DNA from: Limisphaerales bacterium
GTDB lineage: Bacteria > Verrucomicrobiota > Verrucomicrobiia > Limisphaerales > JAYPXF01
Assembly: GCA_047608975.1 (NCBI GenBank)
Contig: JBLFYM010000002.1
Span: 7,189-71,188, forward strand
Reading direction: 5' to 3'
DNA: 64,000 nt
Within the stretch, counting starts at the first letter, position 1; each line of letters starts with the position of its first letter. Positions 1 through 9,081 of the stretch are shown here, piece after piece. The notes beneath the pieces were generated by a model. The model ran no database searches, was not told where the DNA came from, and worked only from the letters and a program-made list of their open reading frames with translations. Made by a program: the position numbers and the translations under genes.

Positions 1-378
1 AAGCATCGGAATAACCCGACCTGCTTCGAATGCCACCGCAAAATGGATCCGCTCGGGCTGGCCATGGAGAATTTCGATCATGTCGGGGCTTGGCGCGATC
101 GCTACAGCAAGAAGCTGCCGATTGACGCCGAAGGTGAAATGCCTGATGGAGCGGTCTTCGACGGAGCCGACGGTATCCGCGCCTACCTCAAGGCGCGTCC
201 CGACCAGTTCACCCATTGTCTTACTGAGAAGATGCTCACTTACGCCCTCGGGCGTCGTCTCGGTTTCAGCGACCGTGACGATCTCGATAAAATCGTCAAG
301 ACCGTGGCCAAGAACAGCTACAGCCTCCGCGAACTCGTCCACCAGATCGCCGCCAGCGAAGTATTCCAAACCAAATGA
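1..378 (+). CDS. C-terminal part of a PVC-type DUF1592/DUF1588/DUF1585 (PSD/PSCyt) domain protein, 5'-truncated by the window edge
   Basis: Frame 1 is open from base 1: KHRNNPTCFECHRKMDPLGLAMENFD..G.WR (CxxCH + DPLG..LENFD motif), then KMLTYALGR and a C-terminal SEVFQTK typical of DUF1588/DUF1585. Confidence 0.85.
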   Translation, partial: KHRNNPTCFECHRKMDPLGLAMENFDHVGAWRDRYSKKLPIDAEGEMPDGAVFDGADGIRAYLKARPDQFTHCLTEKMLTYALGRRLGFSDRDDLDKIVKTVAKNSYSLRELVHQIAASEVFQTK

Positions 379-1352
379 AACGTCTGCTTCTCCTTTCGAT
401 ACTGGCAGTGGCAGCATTATGCCGAGCGGATGAACTTCGACCTAATTTTGTCCTTATTTTGGCGCATGATATGGGCCGTGATTGGATCAGTTGCTACGGA
501 GCAGAACACCAGACACCCAATCTCGATCGAATTGCGGCCGAGGGAATTCGCTATGACACGGCGTGGAGCATGTCCAATGCTGAATTCTCCCACAAATCCT
601 TGATCTTCGGTCGCTATCCCAGTCGGCTTGCGAAGGGACAACCGTCCTTCGTGGAACTCTTGACCAAGGCCGGGTACCAGCGGGAAGACCACGACTTCGA
701 CCGCGAGTTCAAGCTTCCGAACAAACGGCCGTTCCTACTCCTCTGCCAACTGCCGTCTCCCAGCGGGGACTTCGCCAAGCACGTCAAACGAGTCGACGAT
801 CTCGTCGGGGATCTGGCCCGTCGCACGGCAGACAACGATACGCTCCTGCTCTTCACCAGCTCTGGCGGTTCAGCGGTATCGGGCAAGTTGAACGAAAATG
901 CCTACCCTGTCGGCAAGGGCGCAAAGGCGGATTGGGGAGCCCATGTCCCGTTCATCGTCCGCGCGCCATTCCTGAGCCAGGGCGACCGCGCCTCACGGGA
1001 TCTGATCGACTTCACCGACCTGTTCCCAACACTCGTCGAACTCGCCGGAATTGAGCAACCCAAGGAACTCAAGTTGGACGGGATCTCCATGGTGCCCAGC
1101 CTGCGCGGTAGCGACGATCCGTTCGATAAACGCAACTGGATTGTCTCCGAAACCGTTGGCTTTCGCATGGCCCGGGACTGGCATCACATCCTGGATACCA
1201 ACGGCAGATTCCACGATTTGGACAGAGATCCGCTACAGGAGCGCAAGGTCAGCAGACAGGACAAGCAGGCCCCTCATCGCCGTCAGCGCCTTCAGATGAT
1301 CCTCGACCGATTTCCGAACAACGCCGAAGCCATACTTGGGGCCTTTCGCTGA
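375..1352 (+). CDS. Sulfatase-fold protein lacking the catalytic motif (probable pseudo-sulfatase), secreted
   Basis: Signal peptide, RPNFVLILAHDMG, TPNLDRIAAEG, HVPFIVR, DFTDLFPTL, LDGISM. The CxPxR position reads AEFSH. Confidence 0.75.
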   Translation: MKRLLLLSILAVAALCRADELRPNFVLILAHDMGRDWISCYGAEHQTPNLDRIAAEGIRYDTAWSMSNAEFSHKSLIFGRYPSRLAKGQPSFVELLTKAGYQREDHDFDREFKLPNKRPFLLLCQLPSPSGDFAKHVKRVDDLVGDLARRTADNDTLLLFTSSGGSAVSGKLNENAYPVGKGAKADWGAHVPFIVRAPFLSQGDRASRDLIDFTDLFPTLVELAGIEQPKELKLDGISMVPSLRGSDDPFDKRNWIVSETVGFRMARDWHHILDTNGRFHDLDRDPLQERKVSRQDKQAPHRRQRLQMILDRFPNNAEAILGAFR

Positions 1353-1436
1353 AATGGACAATTGGGCAAAATCGAATGGGTTTCTTGGAAGATGAAACAC
1401 CTCGCGTGTTCGTGACAATGTCCTACAAATCACACT

Positions 1437-2315
1437 ATGAAATTACTCAAACCATTGCTGCTGCTCGCCCTGTTGCTGGTCACGCCAGCCAGCGGAGCTG
1501 ATCGGAAGCCTCACGCCGTCTTTCTGCTCGGCACACTGCATTATTCACCTGAGCTCACGATGCCGGTCTTTGCCAAGGAATTGGAACGGTTTGGTTTTCG
1601 CACGACTTTGGTGCGGGGCGAGGGCAATCCCGAAAAGAAGACCGAGAATGTGCTGCCCAACATCGGGGTGTTGAAGGATGCGGATGTCGTGATCTTCTTT
1701 TCGCGCTTTATGAAACTGCCTGATTCCGAGTGGCAGCTGATTGAGGATTATCTCAAGTCGGGCAAGCCGGTCATCGGGCTACGCACGGCGAATCACTCCT
1801 TCAAATACCCGAAAGATCATCCGCGCTTCGCCTGGAACGATGGCTTCGGGCGTCGGGCCTTGGGCACACCCTACGTCGTGCATCAGAGCAGCGAGACGCA
1901 GATCAAGGTCGTGGCCGAGAATGCTGACCATCCGATCATGACGCATGTGACCAAGCGTGAATGGGTTTCGCCGGGCACGCTGTATCTCGCCCAATTGGAG
2001 CGGGGCTGTGTGCCGCTCCTGATGGGAAGTGGCAAGGGCAAGGCCCGTCTGCTCAAAAAAGCGTTCGGTGAAATTCAGGTGAAGGAGTTCGAAACCGCGC
2101 CGGTTGCCTGGGCGTGGGTGAATGAATGGGGTGGCAAATCCTGCTACAGCTCGCTGGGTCATCCGGGCGACTTCGCTGAAGAGTCCTTCAATCGCATGCT
2201 GCTGAACACGATTTGTTGGGCCGTCGACAAACCGTTGCCGCCCAAAGATGCGAAGATCAATACTTGGCAGATTGAGCGCGTTGACAAAAAGAAACGGCCA
2301 ACGAAAAAGAAATGA
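1437..2315 (+). CDS. ThuA-like (class I glutamine amidotransferase-like) domain protein, secreted
   Basis: Signal peptide, GKPVIGLRTANHSF, PVAWAW, YSSLGHPGDF..ESFNRMLLNTICWA. Confidence 0.75.
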   Translation: MKLLKPLLLLALLLVTPASGADRKPHAVFLLGTLHYSPELTMPVFAKELERFGFRTTLVRGEGNPEKKTENVLPNIGVLKDADVVIFFSRFMKLPDSEWQLIEDYLKSGKPVIGLRTANHSFKYPKDHPRFAWNDGFGRRALGTPYVVHQSSETQIKVVAENADHPIMTHVTKREWVSPGTLYLAQLERGCVPLLMGSGKGKARLLKKAFGEIQVKEFETAPVAWAWVNEWGGKSCYSSLGHPGDFAEESFNRMLLNTICWAVDKPLPPKDAKINTWQIERVDKKKRPTKKK

Positions 2316-3538
2316 TCAAACTCACGCTGAACCTTTGCCTGGTTGCCGCACTGCTTCTCGGCACCTCTGCCAACGCGGAGTCCCCCATCCGTCCGGGAGA
2401 CCGGATTGCGCTGGTGGGCAATACCTTTGCCGATCAGTTGCGGATGTATGGCTATCTGGAGACGCTGCTGCTTCAGCGTTCCGCCAGTAAGCCGATTTCG
2501 ATCCGCAATCTCGGATGGGCAGGGGACGTATTGACAGTCCGGGATCGCCCGACTGGATTTCCGACCGAGGAGTCCGAGCTGACCAAGCACCAGACAGATG
2601 TGATTATCGCCTGTTTTGGGATGGGTGAATCCTTCGCCGGAGAAGCCGGTCTGGATGCTTTCCGGAATGATCTTGAGAGCTTTATCGCGTCGCATGAGGG
2701 AAAAAAATACAACGGGAAATCTGAAGTGCGCCTGATCCTGATCTCACCGATTGCCTACGAGGATCTGGGCAAACGAACTCCGCGTTGGGAAAAGCGAAAC
2801 AGTGAGTTGGCGACCTACACCCGCACGATGAATCAGGTGGCAGCCAGAGCCGGTTTGCCTTTCGTCAATCTCAACCGACCAACGTCGGATCTGATGGAGG
2901 ACTACACGGCCCCTAAGATGACGGTAAATGGTGTGAACCTGAACGGCTACGGATACTGGTGCGTGAGCCGCACGCTGGCGGATGTTTTGCTGCCGGGCGA
3001 CGGTCCGTGGCGATTGACGGTAGATGCCGGCCAGGCGACCGGATCCGGGCGTGGCGTATCAATCTCGGGGGTGAATCGCTCTGGCCGTGGAATTCGATTC
3101 ACCGTTGCGGAGAAGACTTGGCCGAGTTTGGGGGCACCCGTTGCAGGGAAAGTTCATCGCCAGCTCGGATCACAACGCGATGTGCTCACTGTGAAGAATC
3201 TGTCCGCCGGCCAATACCGACTGACGATTGATGGCACAGAAGTGGCAACTGCCACTGCACAGAAGTGGGCCGAAGGCGTAGCACTCGAGGCCACCCCCGC
3301 GCATCTGGCTTTGGCGGAATATCGGGAGGCGATCTACGACAAGAACGTCAACTTTGTCTACAGCTGGAAGGCTCTCAACCAGGTGCATATTGTCGGCGAA
3401 CGTCGTAAGTCCAATAGCGGGCGCGCCCTCCCGGCGGAAGTGATCGAGTTTAAGAAACTGACCGATCAAAAAGACGCTGCCTTGGCTCAGGGCATCGAAC
3501 TCAAGACCCGCAAATGGCAATTGATCCCGGTGAAATAG
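2312..3538 (+). CDS. SGNH/GDSL-like family protein (PVC type, GNT variant)
   Basis: GDRIALVGNTFAD, RNLGWAGD, FGMGES, LISPIAYE, T.NG.NLN..GY; the start overlaps the upstream stop (ATGA). Confidence 0.75.
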   Translation: MIKLTLNLCLVAALLLGTSANAESPIRPGDRIALVGNTFADQLRMYGYLETLLLQRSASKPISIRNLGWAGDVLTVRDRPTGFPTEESELTKHQTDVIIACFGMGESFAGEAGLDAFRNDLESFIASHEGKKYNGKSEVRLILISPIAYEDLGKRTPRWEKRNSELATYTRTMNQVAARAGLPFVNLNRPTSDLMEDYTAPKMTVNGVNLNGYGYWCVSRTLADVLLPGDGPWRLTVDAGQATGSGRGVSISGVNRSGRGIRFTVAEKTWPSLGAPVAGKVHRQLGSQRDVLTVKNLSAGQYRLTIDGTEVATATAQKWAEGVALEATPAHLALAEYREAIYDKNVNFVYSWKALNQVHIVGERRKSNSGRALPAEVIEFKKLTDQKDAALAQGIELKTRKWQLIPVK

Positions 3539-3570
3539 TTTTCAGAAAACGATAACAATCGACGACAACC

Positions 3571-3643
3571 CGTAGCAGCCAACGTGAGGAGGCTGACTCT
3601 GCGGACCAAACAGAATCTCAGCCTCGTCACCTCGGCTGCTACG
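3571..3643. repeat. REP-like intergenic inverted repeat (GTAG family)
   Basis: CGTAGCAGCCAACGTGAGGAGGCTGA (3571-3596) pairs with TCAGCCTCGTCACCTCGGCTGCTACG (3618-3643), 23 of 26 positions complementary. Confidence 0.75.
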
Positions 3644-3654
3644 AGGCGCCGCGC

Positions 3655-6600
3655 ATGAACCGAAAACCAATGAAGCAAATTATCTTAGCAATTTCACTTA
3701 TCGCCCTGACCGGGACCACTTTCGCGCAGCAGGGCGCGGAAGGCATCAAGACGGCGAACCTCAAAGACGCCGATGTCAGCCTGATGAACAATCACGACCC
3801 GGCATCGGAGTTGGCGAACTTCGATCTGCTGCCCGGTTATCAGGTGAACCTTTTCGCCTCGGAACCGATGTTCGCGAATCCGATCCACATGATGTGGGAT
3901 TCGAGGGGCCGGCTTTGGGTCGCGTGCTCCTGGGCTTACCCGCAGCTCAAGCCGGGCGAAAAGGCGAACGACAAGATCATCATCCTCGAAGACACGGACA
4001 ACGACGGGAAGGCGGACAAATCCACCGTTTTCGCGGATGGCCTTTACCTGCCGACCGGAATCGAACTCGCGAACGGAGGTTGCTACGTCGGACAATCGCC
4101 GGATGTATTCTTCTTCAAGGATACCGATGGTGACGACGTGGCGGATGTGAAGGAGGTTGCCCTCACCGGATTTGGAATCGAAGACAGTCATCACTCGATC
4201 AGTGCCTGGCGGCGCGGCCCGGGCGGTTGGATCTATTTTCAGGAAGGCATCTTCCTGCACACCCAGGTTGAGACGCAGTATGGCGTGGTTCGCAATTTCA
4301 ACGGCGGGGTCTATCAGTTCAACCCGCGTTCGCAGGAACTGAAAATGTTCGTGCGCGGCACCGGCGGAAATCCGTGGGGACACGTCTTCGATCGCTGGGG
4401 CCAGTCGTTCATGGTGAACAATCCCCGGATCATGTATCTGTCGCCGGCATCCGGTGCCAGCAGCAAACCGGCCCGCGTCGAATCCTTGATCGCCACGGAG
4501 AAACAATGTGGCGGTGATCTCGCCTCGGGAACCCATCTTCCGAAGGAGATGCGCGGGCAACTCTTCACCTGCCGTTTCAAGAGCCGCACAATTGTCCGGT
4601 ATGAATTTATCGATGATGGTGCCGGGTTCAGCGCGAACGTGTTGCCCCCGTTGATCGCCTCCAAGCATCCCAACTTCCGCCCGGTGGATTGCAAGATCGG
4701 CCCCGACGGCGCGGTCTATGTGGCCGATTGGTACAACTCCATCATCAACCACGGCCAGCACGACTTCCGCGATGCACGTCGCGATCACCATCACGGGCGC
4801 ATCTGGCGCATTACCCACAAGGAGCGTCCCCTGGTGAAAAAACCGAAACTGTTTGGCGAATCGATTGGCACCTTGCTGGATCATCTCAAGAGTCCGAATA
4901 CCTGGACCCGTCATCAGGCCCGCAAGGAATTGAGTGAGCGCGATTCCGAAAAGGTTTTGAAAGCCGCCGAAGCCTGGGTGGCGAAACTGGATCCGGCCGC
5001 AGCGGGCTACGATGGGCATTTGGTTGAAGCGATGTGGGCCTGTCAAAATGTGGAGAGTCCCAGCGAGTCGATATTGAAGAAGGTCGTAAACGCCAAGGAC
5101 GGCCACGCACGATCAGCTGGCGCCCGCGTAATTCGATATTGGCACGATTCGCTGTCTGACCCAGTGGACATGATCGCGAAGTTGGCGGCGGATCCGTTTC
5201 CCCGCACCCGCATGGAAGCAGCGCTCGCTGCCGGTTTTATTCCGAAATCAGAAGCCTTCACCGCCGCCCTCAACGTATTGGATCATGAACAGGACAAGTT
5301 CATCGCCACCGCCCTGTCGCAGACCGTCAATGCCCTGGAGCCGTTCTGGCAACCCATGTTGCAGAGTGGTGAGTTGAAGTTTGCAAAGCCCGAACATCGC
5401 AATTTTGCCAATCGCTCCGGAGGATTGGGGTTTGAGGAGCGGCTCAAGGAATTCCTCAGAAACCGAAAACCCAGCGCGCGTGAGCTGGCTGAAGTGCAGG
5501 CGCAGTTCGTTGCCCAAGCCAAGTCCAAGCAGTTGCAATCGGTGTATCGCTCCCTGACTTCGAAGAAATCAAACCTGCCACGAGAATCCCAGTTGGCGCT
5601 GCTGGAGGGACTGGTGGAGATCGGACGTAAAGGTGAACTTTCCCTTGGTCGAAAGATCAGATCGCTCATCCCCAAACTCGCCAGTAAGGACGACGCCATC
5701 GCCGCCGCAGTGGCTGCCAATCTTGGGGCCTGGAAAGCCACCGATGCCGGCGACCCACTGTTGAAGCTACTTCGTGATGAGACACGTTCAGCATCAGTGC
5801 GTAAGGCAGCAGCCGAAGCGCTGGGAAGTCTGGAACAGACCACGTTCGTCGAAGCTCTCCGGAAGATGGCTGCGACGGGCGCCATGCGCGACCGTTACAT
5901 CGCGACCTACGGCTTGGCCAAGGCCGACCTGCTCGATGCGGCTGTCGCTACAGCAGCCATTCTGACGGACGATCCGGGAGCGGCGGATCCGGCTGAACTC
6001 ATCGCCCAATTCCTTCAATGGGGCAAGGGGCCGGGTCTCTTGCTCAAGGAAATCAAAGCCGATCAGCTTCATCCCGAGGCCGTCGCCAAGGTGGCTGCCT
6101 ATCATCGCCGCACGGGACAGTTGCCCAAGGCCTTGGCCAGAATCCTCGCACCCGCTGCGCCGAAGTCTTTGAGTCAGCAACTGCTTCGCGAGCAGCGCGC
6201 GCAGTTGACCGCGGACGTCATCAGGCACGGCGATCCGGTAAAGGGCGAATTGATCTTCCGTCGGCAATCTTCCGCCTGCGCCGTCTGTCACGGCATTGGC
6301 TCAGTCGGTCCGGCCATCGGACCCAACCTCGTCGCCGTCGGTGCTGCTGCGGGACCTGAGTACATGGTCGAATCGATCCTTGAGCCGAACAAGGCCATCG
6401 CCGAGCACTACGAAAACGTCATGCTCTCTCTCAACGATGGCAGCGTTCAATCGGGCGTCATCACCCACCAGAGCGAAAAGGAAATTGTCCTGCGCGATTC
6501 GGTGGTCGCCGGCAATGAGATCCGCATCTCTGTCAGCTCCGTACGCAAACAGAAGCAGATGGCTTCATTGATGCCAGAGGGATTGGCCGATCAATTGAAG

Positions 6601-7068
6601 AGCCGGCAGGAATTCCTCGATCTCGCCAAGTTCGTATCTCTGCTCGGCCAACCCGGGCCTTACGCCAACGACGAAAGCCCGGTCATCCGCAAATGGCGCG
6701 TGGTGCCTGAGGAACGTCCCGGCACCATCCCAGATGAAGACGCCTTCTGGATGCCGGCCTATAGCATGGTGAATGGTGAACTCCCCGCCGCCGATCTCGA
6801 TCGCGGCGACGTGGTTTATGCTCGTGGGTTCGCGACCATCCTCGCGGGGGGGCAAGTGAAGCTGGACATCAACAACAGCAAAGGCTTGCGGCTCTGGATT
6901 GAGGGGAAGGAAATCCAGGAGCTCAACGCCCCGATCAGATTCACCAAAGGCAGGAAGACATTGACTTTCGCCATCGACCGGAAAGTTCGAGGCAACATCG
7001 GACTTCGCGTTCAATTAGCTACCGCCGCCGACTCATCCGCCAAGTTCAAGCCCGAAGGCGGGATCTAG
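3655..7068 (+). CDS. PVC-type membrane-bound dehydrogenase domain / HEAT repeat / heme-binding CxxCH protein
   Basis: LFASEPMFANPI.M.WD.RGRLWV, NPWGH.FD.WG, FRPVD...GPDGA.YVADWYN..I.H, HEAT-like helices, C-terminal CAVCH..IGPNL..ESILEP..SLMPEGL. The start may be 3670. Confidence 0.88.
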   Translation: MNRKPMKQIILAISLIALTGTTFAQQGAEGIKTANLKDADVSLMNNHDPASELANFDLLPGYQVNLFASEPMFANPIHMMWDSRGRLWVACSWAYPQLKPGEKANDKIIILEDTDNDGKADKSTVFADGLYLPTGIELANGGCYVGQSPDVFFFKDTDGDDVADVKEVALTGFGIEDSHHSISAWRRGPGGWIYFQEGIFLHTQVETQYGVVRNFNGGVYQFNPRSQELKMFVRGTGGNPWGHVFDRWGQSFMVNNPRIMYLSPASGASSKPARVESLIATEKQCGGDLASGTHLPKEMRGQLFTCRFKSRTIVRYEFIDDGAGFSANVLPPLIASKHPNFRPVDCKIGPDGAVYVADWYNSIINHGQHDFRDARRDHHHGRIWRITHKERPLVKKPKLFGESIGTLLDHLKSPNTWTRHQARKELSERDSEKVLKAAEAWVAKLDPAAAGYDGHLVEAMWACQNVESPSESILKKVVNAKDGHARSAGARVIRYWHDSLSDPVDMIAKLAADPFPRTRMEAALAAGFIPKSEAFTAALNVLDHEQDKFIATALSQTVNALEPFWQPMLQSGELKFAKPEHRNFANRSGGLGFEERLKEFLRNRKPSARELAEVQAQFVAQAKSKQLQSVYRSLTSKKSNLPRESQLALLEGLVEIGRKGELSLGRKIRSLIPKLASKDDAIAAAVAANLGAWKATDAGDPLLKLLRDETRSASVRKAAAEALGSLEQTTFVEALRKMAATGAMRDRYIATYGLAKADLLDAAVATAAILTDDPGAADPAELIAQFLQWGKGPGLLLKEIKADQLHPEAVAKVAAYHRRTGQLPKALARILAPAAPKSLSQQLLREQRAQLTADVIRHGDPVKGELIFRRQSSACAVCHGIGSVGPAIGPNLVAVGAAAGPEYMVESILEPNKAIAEHYENVMLSLNDGSVQSGVITHQSEKEIVLRDSVVAGNEIRISVSSVRKQKQMASLMPEGLADQLKSRQEFLDLAKFVSLLGQPGPYANDESPVIRKWRVVPEERPGTIPDEDAFWMPAYSMVNGELPAADLDRGDVVYARGFATILAGGQVKLDINNSKGLRLWIEGKEIQELNAPIRFTKGRKTLTFAIDRKVRGNIGLRVQLATAADSSAKFKPEGGI

Positions 7069-7306
7069 GACCGGGGGAGAATGAGCATAATCTACTATGA
7101 TCAACATTGCCCAGCGTACGACGAACTGGTTGATGTCATTCTGAAATGTGCGCGACTGCCTGCGGGTTCGCTGATCTGACCTGCTCAGTCGTCTTGATCT
7201 TTTCGCCGCTCCTTGGGCGCGGTAACCATGTCTCGCACGATCAAGGAAATCACGATTGCTCCCAGAACGACTGCCATCGGTTTCGTGCGGTTCGTGCCTT
7301 GACTCT

Positions 7307-8860
7307 CTACTTGGCGGGATCGGCCCAGCGTTTGGCCTGGGTCACCCGGTGATTCACGGTGGAGTCATTCTTGGTGGTGACGCCTCGGCGGCTCGCGCCT
7401 TTGGCGATCAATGATTCAAACTGCCGGGCCAGAGCTTGGACGCGTTTCGGTTGGGCTCCAGACAAATCGTTGGCTTCGGCAATGTCGTTGCGAAGATTAT
7501 AGAGTTCGACAACACGGGCTTTCCCGCGGGACTTGTTGCGATTGGGATTCGCGTTGCGGAACACGAGTTTCCAATCGCCGTTCCGGTAGGCGAATTCGCC
7601 GTGGTTGGAGTGGTTGACGGTGGCGGTGCGTGGCTGAGATTGTTTCTTCCCCAGCGCACTGCTCAGAAAACTGATACTGTCCTCCGCACCGTTCTTCGGC
7701 AGCTTGCCGTTCACCAGTTCGGCGCAGGTTGCAAACACATCGGTGAGACTGACAAGTTGATTGGTGCTGGTGTCGGGCGAGATCTGCTTGGGCCAACGAA
7801 TCACCAGTGGCACGCGATGGCCTCCCTCCCAAATGTCGCCTTTGTGTCCGCGATAGGGACCGCTGGGCAGGTGGTCGGCCTTGATCAGGTCGGGCCAGCC
7901 GGTGTAGTGTGAGTGACCGTTGTCGGCAGTAAATATGACGACGGTATTGTCGGCGATCCCCGCCTCATCGACGGCCTTGATGACCTGTCCGGCAGACCAA
8001 TCGGTTTCCATCACGAAATCGGCAATGGGAGCGATACCGCTTTTCCCTTTGAAACGCGTGGATGGGACCACCGGTTCGTGTGGGGAGGTCTGGGAAAAAT
8101 AGAGGAAGAAGGGTTTGTCCTGTTTCGCGAGCTGATGCACCTGCTCGACAGCGCGCCGGGTGATCTCCGGCATGATGTCCGCAAATTTCCATCCGGGTGC
8201 GATCGGCGCACCAACAAAGCCGCGCGGCATGACCACACCTTCGTTGGGATCGTAAACGTATTTCGCCGCGGGTTGGATGGCGATCCGATCATTCTCGATA
8301 TAGGTGAACGGCGGAAGATTGGGCAGATCGACTCCATAGAAGTAATCGAAGCCGCGAGCGATCGGACCTCCGGCAATTGGTTTCGTGAAATGCCACTCAA
8401 GATTCTTCTGACCGTTCGGAACTTCTGTCATCCGACTCTGCTGCGGTCCCGGCCATTCCCAGCCGAGATGCCATTTGCCGATGCACGAGGTGTGGTAACC
8501 GTGATCCCTAAGAAATCCGGGCAGCGTGGGTCGGTCTTCGGAGATGAGCGGCGGCTCGTACGCCGCAATTACCCATTCCTGCAGTCGCGTGCGCCAGGCA
8601 TAGCGACCGGTGAGCAATCCGTAACGGGTCGGCGAACAGACGGCGGACGGACTGTGCGCGTCGGTAAAACTCATCCCTTGCCGGACAAGCTTGTCGAGAT
8701 ACGGGGTCTTGATCTTGTTGTCGGGGTAGTGGGCCTGGATATCTCCAACGCCGAAGTCGTCCGCGAGAATGAGGATGATATTCGGTGGCTTGGCAGTTTC
8801 CACCGGTGGTGGGTCGAGGAGGAAGCCGGCGATTGTGAGCAGGGCGATGGTCAAGCGCAT
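7307..8860 (-). CDS. Formylglycine-dependent sulfatase (arylsulfatase A-like)
   Basis: PNIILILADDFG, CSPTRYGLLTGRY, GKWHLG, FTADNG, KGDIWEGGHRVP; signal peptide. Confidence 0.92.
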   Translation of the reverse strand: MRLTIALLTIAGFLLDPPPVETAKPPNIILILADDFGVGDIQAHYPDNKIKTPYLDKLVRQGMSFTDAHSPSAVCSPTRYGLLTGRYAWRTRLQEWVIAAYEPPLISEDRPTLPGFLRDHGYHTSCIGKWHLGWEWPGPQQSRMTEVPNGQKNLEWHFTKPIAGGPIARGFDYFYGVDLPNLPPFTYIENDRIAIQPAAKYVYDPNEGVVMPRGFVGAPIAPGWKFADIMPEITRRAVEQVHQLAKQDKPFFLYFSQTSPHEPVVPSTRFKGKSGIAPIADFVMETDWSAGQVIKAVDEAGIADNTVVIFTADNGHSHYTGWPDLIKADHLPSGPYRGHKGDIWEGGHRVPLVIRWPKQISPDTSTNQLVSLTDVFATCAELVNGKLPKNGAEDSISFLSSALGKKQSQPRTATVNHSNHGEFAYRNGDWKLVFRNANPNRNKSRGKARVVELYNLRNDIAEANDLSGAQPKRVQALARQFESLIAKGASRRGVTTKNDSTVNHRVTQAKRWADPAK

Positions 8861-9081
8861 AGGTTGGCTTTAGGCAGTCGGCGGGCGGGCGTCAAGGATC
8901 GTGGACAAAGACCGCGAACGTAGCCGCGAGCGTGAGCGATTGGATCTCCCCATGGCCGCCGACGCGAGGCGGCTCAAACCAACCTCCAGGGCTACATGTA
9001 TTCCAAACGCGCCAACCGGATTTTCTTTGAAACAGACCCCTGGCTGACGACATAGTCCGAATAGCCAATCGACATCGAACT

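Noticed and set aside
3694-5106. 470-aa antisense ORF (similarly 7913-8923, 38959-39912, 44772-46055)
   Set aside because: Shadow ORFs opposite well-supported genes in GC-rich DNA, with no motifs.
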